A stretch of 49,590 nucleotides of DNA from a virus (Duplodnaviria > Caudoviricetes): IMG/VR virus record IMGVR_UViG_3300032216_001520, positions 1-49,590 of that record; one strand, written 5' to 3'. Under the pieces are notes generated by a model, which was not told the origin of the DNA, searched no databases, and saw only the letters and a list, made by a program, of their open reading frames with translations. The translations under genes and the position numbers were made by a program. Positions 45,151 through 49,590 of this stretch are shown piece after piece. How positions within the stretch are numbered: the stretch's first letter is position 1; each line of letters starts with the position of its first letter.

Positions 45151-46284
45151 ATGAGATTTCACGTTCTAGGATTACCACACACAGTATCATCTAAAGAATT
45201 TAATGCATGTGCTTTCACACAGAAAGTGGTTAAATTTTGTGAGATGATGAAGGCAAGAGGTCATACAATCATTCACTATGGCCATGAAGATTCAGTTGTT
45301 GATTGTGATGAACATGTTACAGTTATTGACAACTGGACATGGCATGAAGTATATGGTACATACGATTGGCGCAAGACTACATTTAAGTATGATACCAATG
45401 ACAAGGCATACAAAACTTTTATTGAGAACGCTATCAAAGAAATCTCAGTAAGAAAAGAAAAGAACGACTTTATATTACCATTCTGGGGTAATCCAATGAA
45501 ACCAATCTGTGATGCACATTCAGATTTGATTGTCGTTGAACCAGGAATTGGATATGCATGGGGTCATTTTGCACCATACAAAGTATTTGAATCATATGCA
45601 GTTCATTCGGCATATTATGGATTAGAATCTGTTGGTGTTTGTAATGAGAAATGGTATGATGTGGTGATACCAAACTATTTTAATACTGAAGATTTTATAT
45701 ACAGTAAAGAGAAACATAATTACTTCCTGTATATCGGTCGTGTATATGATGGCAAAGGTGTTCACATTGCCATACAGGCAACTAAAGAGATTGGTGCTCA
45801 GCTGATTGTTGCTGGCCAAGGTTCACTCAAAGAGATGGGTTACGACACACCACCAGAACATGTGCTTGAGATTGGATATGCCGATATAGAAACACGTAAA
45901 ACTTTAATGTCAAATGCCAAGGCTTGTTTTGTTGCTTCTTTGTATAATGAACCATTTGCTGGTGTTCAGATTGAATCTATGCTGTCTGGTACTCCTGTAA
46001 TCTCTACTGATTGGGGTGCATTGGCAGAACTCAACATACATGGTAAGACTGGATATCGTTGCCGTACCTTTGAACAGTTTGTATGGGCAGCAAAGAACAT
46101 TGATAAAATTAAACCAGAAAATTGTAGAGAATGGGGATTGAATTTTACTTACGATAAAGTTGGTAAAATGTATGAAGAATACTTTACATCTCTACTAAAT
46201 ATACATGGTAAGAACGGATGGTATGAACCAAATTCAGAAAGAAATGAACTGGATTGGTTGGAAAGACAATATCCGATTTACTAA
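45151..46284 (+). CDS. Glycosyltransferase, GT4 (GT-B) family
   Basis: YIGR....KG, AG, EPFAGVQIE (EX7E) and SGTPVIST motifs. Start at 45151 (MRFHVLGLPH) preferred over 45130. Confidence 0.9.
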   Translation: MRFHVLGLPHTVSSKEFNACAFTQKVVKFCEMMKARGHTIIHYGHEDSVVDCDEHVTVIDNWTWHEVYGTYDWRKTTFKYDTNDKAYKTFIENAIKEISVRKEKNDFILPFWGNPMKPICDAHSDLIVVEPGIGYAWGHFAPYKVFESYAVHSAYYGLESVGVCNEKWYDVVIPNYFNTEDFIYSKEKHNYFLYIGRVYDGKGVHIAIQATKEIGAQLIVAGQGSLKEMGYDTPPEHVLEIGYADIETRKTLMSNAKACFVASLYNEPFAGVQIESMLSGTPVISTDWGALAELNIHGKTGYRCRTFEQFVWAAKNIDKIKPENCREWGLNFTYDKVGKMYEEYFTSLLNIHGKNGWYEPNSERNELDWLERQYPIY

Positions 46285-46287
46285 ATA
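46281..46287 (+). promoter_or_regulatory. Late promoter (CTAAATA)
   Basis: Overlaps the GT stop codon. Confidence 0.6.
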
Positions 46288-46299
46288 ATAGATAATCAA

Positions 46300-46322
46300 C
46301 CAATGGGGATAGTGATCCTTGG
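46300..46322 (+). promoter_or_regulatory. Hairpin sequestering SD and TTG start
   Basis: CCAA-TGG-GGAT-AGTG-ATCC-TTGG. Confidence 0.55.
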
Positions 46323-48022
46323 CTACTAATTCAAACTTTGTCGTTAAAAACGGCCTCACCGTAGGCACAACTCCAGTCATTGCAGCCAATGGCTACTGGA
46401 TTGGCGCAAACACGGGTTTAATTGGTGCCACAGGTCCTACTGGTCCAGCAGGTTCAATCACACCTTGGACAGTAATCTCTGCAAATACCACAGCGACTTC
46501 AGGTTCTCAATATCTGGTCAACACATCTAGTGGTCCAAAAACTCTCACACTACCATCAGCACCTGCAGCAAATGCAGTTATTGTTATTGCTGACGATGCC
46601 AACTTCAATACATACAATCTAACTGTTCTCAGAAACGGTTCAACAATCAATAATGTTGCCGATGACTTGACTATTGATATTGGTTATAGTGTCACAACTT
46701 TAGTATATGATGGTACAACATGGCGTGTTGCAACGACTGCCGGACCTAGAGGTGCTACGGGTGCCACAGGTGCTACTGGTGCTGTTGCACCTTGGACTAG
46801 AATTACTACAACAACTACTGCTGTATCAAATGCACAATATATTGCCGATACTTCTGGTGGTGTATTCACATTAACATTACCTGCAACACCTTCACTTGGT
46901 AACGTAGTTATCATTACAGATGGTGGTGATTGGTCAGTTAATAACCTAACTGTTGCACGTAACGGCAGCACAATTGAAGGTGGTGTCAACGACTATCTGA
47001 TAGATGTTAAAGGCACAACAGTATATTTCATCTATGATGGTACTACATGGCAGGTGACAGCAACTACTGGTGCTGTTGGTGCTACAGGTGCAACAGGTCC
47101 TACAGGAGCCACAGGACCTACAGGTCCAGCAGGTGCTACGGGAGCCACAGGTGCTTCTGGTGCCACTACACAAATTTCTAATGGTACATCTAACTTAAAT
47201 ATTCCATCTTCTGGTGGTGTAATTTATGCCAATACTGCTGGTACTAATGCAATAACGGTGGATACTTCACAGAATGTTGGTATTGGTACTAGTTCGCCTT
47301 CTAGTTATGGAAAATTAGTTTCTTATGCGGGTGATATTGCCGCAGTTAAAGCACATGGTTCAGGATCATACCCAACTTTAATTTTACAAAATGCAACGGC
47401 AGGAACCACATTTAGTGGCCGTGTTTTATGGAAAGATGGTAATGGAAACGCTGGCTGGAATATTGGTCAAAATGCAGTTGTAGGTAGCGGATATTTAGAG
47501 TTTAACGATGGTGTTACTAATAGAATGGTTATTGATAACAGCGGTAATGCAGGTATTGGTACTTCTGCTCCATCAGAAAAACTAACTGTTAATGGAAACA
47601 TATATGCTACTGGTGGTGCATTTAAAAGGACTCAAACTAGCACATTATCATATAATGGTTCCAATACAGGAGCGATTCCAATAACCGACATTGGTTATGC
47701 TCCATCAACTGTTTCAGTTACAAACAATAGCACTTGGACAACTGTTTTTACTCCTGGAAATGGAAGCACAACAGTTCCAAACTTTTCGTTTGGACAAGAT
47801 ACTGGAGTTGGTTTTGTTTTTATTTGGGCTGATTGGGGTGGATGTTATGTTGTTGGATTGGCATCTGTTGTAACTAAAGGTGTGTATAGTTTTGATAGTG
47901 TAAACTTATTGTCATCTTATGCATATAATGGAGGAATAAGAGTGAGTGGAAACTCTTTACAAGTTTTAAATTCTGGAAGTTATACTTCTGCTCCTGCTAT
48001 AAGAATATATTCACTAAGGTAA
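46319..48022 (+). CDS. Fibre hub protein: FVVKNGL N-peptide, two gp9/gp10/gp34-N-like repeats, collagen linkers, fibre shaft and tip
   Basis: TTG start; two ~90-aa repeats (Y..(N/D)TS.G..TLTLP..P....V.I.D......NLTV.RNGSTI.......ID.......YDGTTW.V); GxT triplets; NVGIGT.SP motifs. Confidence 0.8.
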   Translation: MATNSNFVVKNGLTVGTTPVIAANGYWIGANTGLIGATGPTGPAGSITPWTVISANTTATSGSQYLVNTSSGPKTLTLPSAPAANAVIVIADDANFNTYNLTVLRNGSTINNVADDLTIDIGYSVTTLVYDGTTWRVATTAGPRGATGATGATGAVAPWTRITTTTTAVSNAQYIADTSGGVFTLTLPATPSLGNVVIITDGGDWSVNNLTVARNGSTIEGGVNDYLIDVKGTTVYFIYDGTTWQVTATTGAVGATGATGPTGATGPTGPAGATGATGASGATTQISNGTSNLNIPSSGGVIYANTAGTNAITVDTSQNVGIGTSSPSSYGKLVSYAGDIAAVKAHGSGSYPTLILQNATAGTTFSGRVLWKDGNGNAGWNIGQNAVVGSGYLEFNDGVTNRMVIDNSGNAGIGTSAPSEKLTVNGNIYATGGAFKRTQTSTLSYNGSNTGAIPITDIGYAPSTVSVTNNSTWTTVFTPGNGSTTVPNFSFGQDTGVGFVFIWADWGGCYVVGLASVVTKGVYSFDSVNLLSSYAYNGGIRVSGNSLQVLNSGSYTSAPAIRIYSLR

Positions 48023-48027
48023 TTATT

Positions 48028-48267
48028 ATGTTTGTAACAACAAAAGAAATACAAGACCATTTTATTCCACTTGGATACGATTTAGAAGTTGGATACGATT
48101 ATATCTTTTTTAAAAAAGATGGCAATTTTATACAATTACATGCTAAAGACTTTACTGGAACTGTTGAATTTATCCAAGAAGAAGTAGAAAAAAGACTTCA
48201 AAATGGTAAATCTTTTTATGAAGATTTTTTAAAATCATCTAATGTAAATCAAAATAATAATTTATAA
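48028..48267 (+). CDS. Small hypothetical protein, possible fibre-tip chaperone
   Basis: Tightly coupled to flanking genes; very AT-rich. Confidence 0.55.
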   Translation: MFVTTKEIQDHFIPLGYDLEVGYDYIFFKKDGNFIQLHAKDFTGTVEFIQEEVEKRLQNGKSFYEDFLKSSNVNQNNNL

Positions 48268-48815
48268 TGGCAACAACTAAATTATCAACAACAATCGCAG
48301 GCATAGTTGCTGGTGCTACAGGTGCAACTGGACCTACAGGACCTACGGGTGCAACTGGACCGACAGGCGCTACGGGAGTAACGGGGCCTACAGGTCCTAC
48401 GGGCAGCACAGGTCCAACGGGAGCCACAGGACCTACGGGTACAACAGGTGTTACAGGTCCGACTGGACCTGCTGGTGCAACTGGACCTACAGGACCTACA
48501 GGTCTGACGGGAGCAACTGGACCGACTGGACCTACAGGACCTTCTGGAAGTCCATCAACGAGTTTTAATACTGTTGGTTCTTACGCTTTTGTTTATTTTG
48601 ATTTTGCTAATCCTGGTCCAGTTGTTGGATCAACTTATTCTGCTGGAACTGCTCAAAACCAATTACAAGTTTTTGAAATGAGTCTTGATACTCCTAATGG
48701 TGGTGGTACTGTGGCCATTTCAAAGTCAAATTCGCTTTCAGGATCTTGGAGATGGATGAGTGCTTCAGGTAGTGCGGGTAGTTATCATATAGGTATGGCA
48801 GTCCGTGTATCTTAA
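48267..48815 (+). CDS. Collagen-like mini-fibre with tail-fibre-tip domain
   Basis: About 26 GPT/GAT triplets, then VGSYAF...GSWRWM...AVRVS. Confidence 0.82.
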   Translation: MATTKLSTTIAGIVAGATGATGPTGPTGATGPTGATGVTGPTGPTGSTGPTGATGPTGTTGVTGPTGPAGATGPTGPTGLTGATGPTGPTGPSGSPSTSFNTVGSYAFVYFDFANPGPVVGSTYSAGTAQNQLQVFEMSLDTPNGGGTVAISKSNSLSGSWRWMSASGSAGSYHIGMAVRVS

Positions 48816-48826
48816 TATAAAAAAAT

Positions 48827-49429
48827 ATGTCACAACTATCATCACTCATCGCTAACGTAATTGCTGGTGCCACAGGCCCAACCGGACCGACTGGCCCAAC
48901 TGGACCTGCCGGTGCTACTGGTTCATTAGGTCCACAAGGACCTGTGGGTGCTACTGGTTCTACAGGCCCAACTGGACCGACAGGACCTGCAGGTCCAACA
49001 GGCGCTGCGGGTTCATCTGTGACAGGTCCGACTGGCCCAACAGGTGCTACTGGACCTACGGGGCCTACTGGTCCAACTGGACCTGCCGGTTCAAATGCTT
49101 CTGTATCTGCTGGTAATGGTATATCAGTATCAAGTGGAACAGTTTCGGTTGTTGCACCAACTGCTTTATCTATTGGTGCTTATACAACAGCGGCCGCTGG
49201 AAATTGGCAAAGTGGTGCTGGTATTACTATTACTTCCGGTAATACATATTCACCAGGAAGTGGAAACCCAGGAGTGCAAGCGGTATTTTGGTCTAATGGT
49301 TGCGGTTCAATTTGGCCCACTTATAATGTTTTATCTGGTACATGGAAATATATGGGTCCTACTATTTCTAATGTTACTGCTCCAGGTGGAGGATATTGTT
49401 TTGGTGGTTTGTTTTGTCGTATCGCCTAA
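48827..49429 (+). CDS. Collagen-like mini-fibre with tail-fibre-tip domain (paralog)
   Basis: GPT/GAT triplets, then IGAY...GTWKYMG...LFCRIA. Confidence 0.82.
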   Translation: MSQLSSLIANVIAGATGPTGPTGPTGPAGATGSLGPQGPVGATGSTGPTGPTGPAGPTGAAGSSVTGPTGPTGATGPTGPTGPTGPAGSNASVSAGNGISVSSGTVSVVAPTALSIGAYTTAAAGNWQSGAGITITSGNTYSPGSGNPGVQAVFWSNGCGSIWPTYNVLSGTWKYMGPTISNVTAPGGGYCFGGLFCRIA

Positions 49430-49468
49430 TCAATAAATTTTTATCAACAAAAAACAGGAGAAAATACT

Positions 49469-49590
49469 ATGTTAACATTTGAATCAGCTCACTCACCTGC
49501 TTATGCAGCAGAAGATGGAAGTTGCATCTCTCTAATGGTCAAGTTCGCCGAGTTCAACGAAGAACTTCCATTTGGTGCAACCAACCATGA
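49469..49590 (+). CDS. Tail fibre assembly chaperone-like protein, N-terminal fragment
   Basis: SD CAGGAG; MLTFESAHSPAYAAEDGSCISLMVKFAEFNEELPFGATNH..., a P.Y.....I...V.F......PF.A pattern of fibre assembly proteins; runs off the window. Confidence 0.65.
   Translation, partial: MLTFESAHSPAYAAEDGSCISLMVKFAEFNEELPFGATNH

Noticed and set aside
388-49436. Numerous short antisense or alternate-frame ORFs in the track (e.g. 2816-3022, 5558-5884, 7389-7859, 39751-40164, 40726-41232, 49044-49436)
   Set aside because: They overlap well-supported genes, lack RBS or motifs, and mirror the codon bias or repeats of the real frame.
1-49590. tRNA/rRNA genes, introns, inteins, alternative genetic code
   Set aside because: Intergenic gaps are too short and show no cloverleaf; core genes are uninterrupted and of expected size under the standard code.

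Overview
The window is a gene-dense, AT-rich segment of a large T4-like myovirus genome, of the environmental cyano-/pelagi-/freshwater-T4-like type. It probably infects a Gram-negative host, since it begins in an outer-membrane beta-barrel gene. Left end (1-2930): porin fragment, small conserved ORF, SleB-like hydrolase and gp33-gp59-gp32, with two perfect sigma70 promoters buried in coding DNA. Minus-strand block (2935-8682): gp4, gp2, gp54, gp26/gp51 and two paralogous tape-measure-like genes. Plus-strand baseplate block (8718-27236): gp48, gp53, hub, a split gp5, gp25, gp6, gp7, gp8 and a VrlC-like protein. The last ~22 kb are repetitive fibre/adhesin genes interrupted by a 2OG-Fe(II) oxygenase plus GT4 glycosyltransferase pair. 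The strongest observations are: (1) a candidate programmed -1 frameshift (U UUU UUC, GGAGG 10 nt upstream) fusing gp26 to a start-less gp51 domain directly upstream of the tape-measure genes, i.e. a lambda G/GT-like chaperone arrangement in a T4-like phage; (2) an apparent plug-and-socket fibre assembly code, with C-terminal DGGSF/DAGFF/DLG peptides alternating with Mtd_N-like N-terminal domains and ending in a branching hub with collagen-like mini-fibres; (3) a hydroxylase/glycosyltransferase pair next to Gly-Pro-Thr collagen fibres; (4) several non-coding structures: an H-type pseudoknot leader, gp32 leader repeats, a palindromic intergenic element and an RBS-sequestering hairpin. All product calls come from motif recognition and synteny; no database searches were run.
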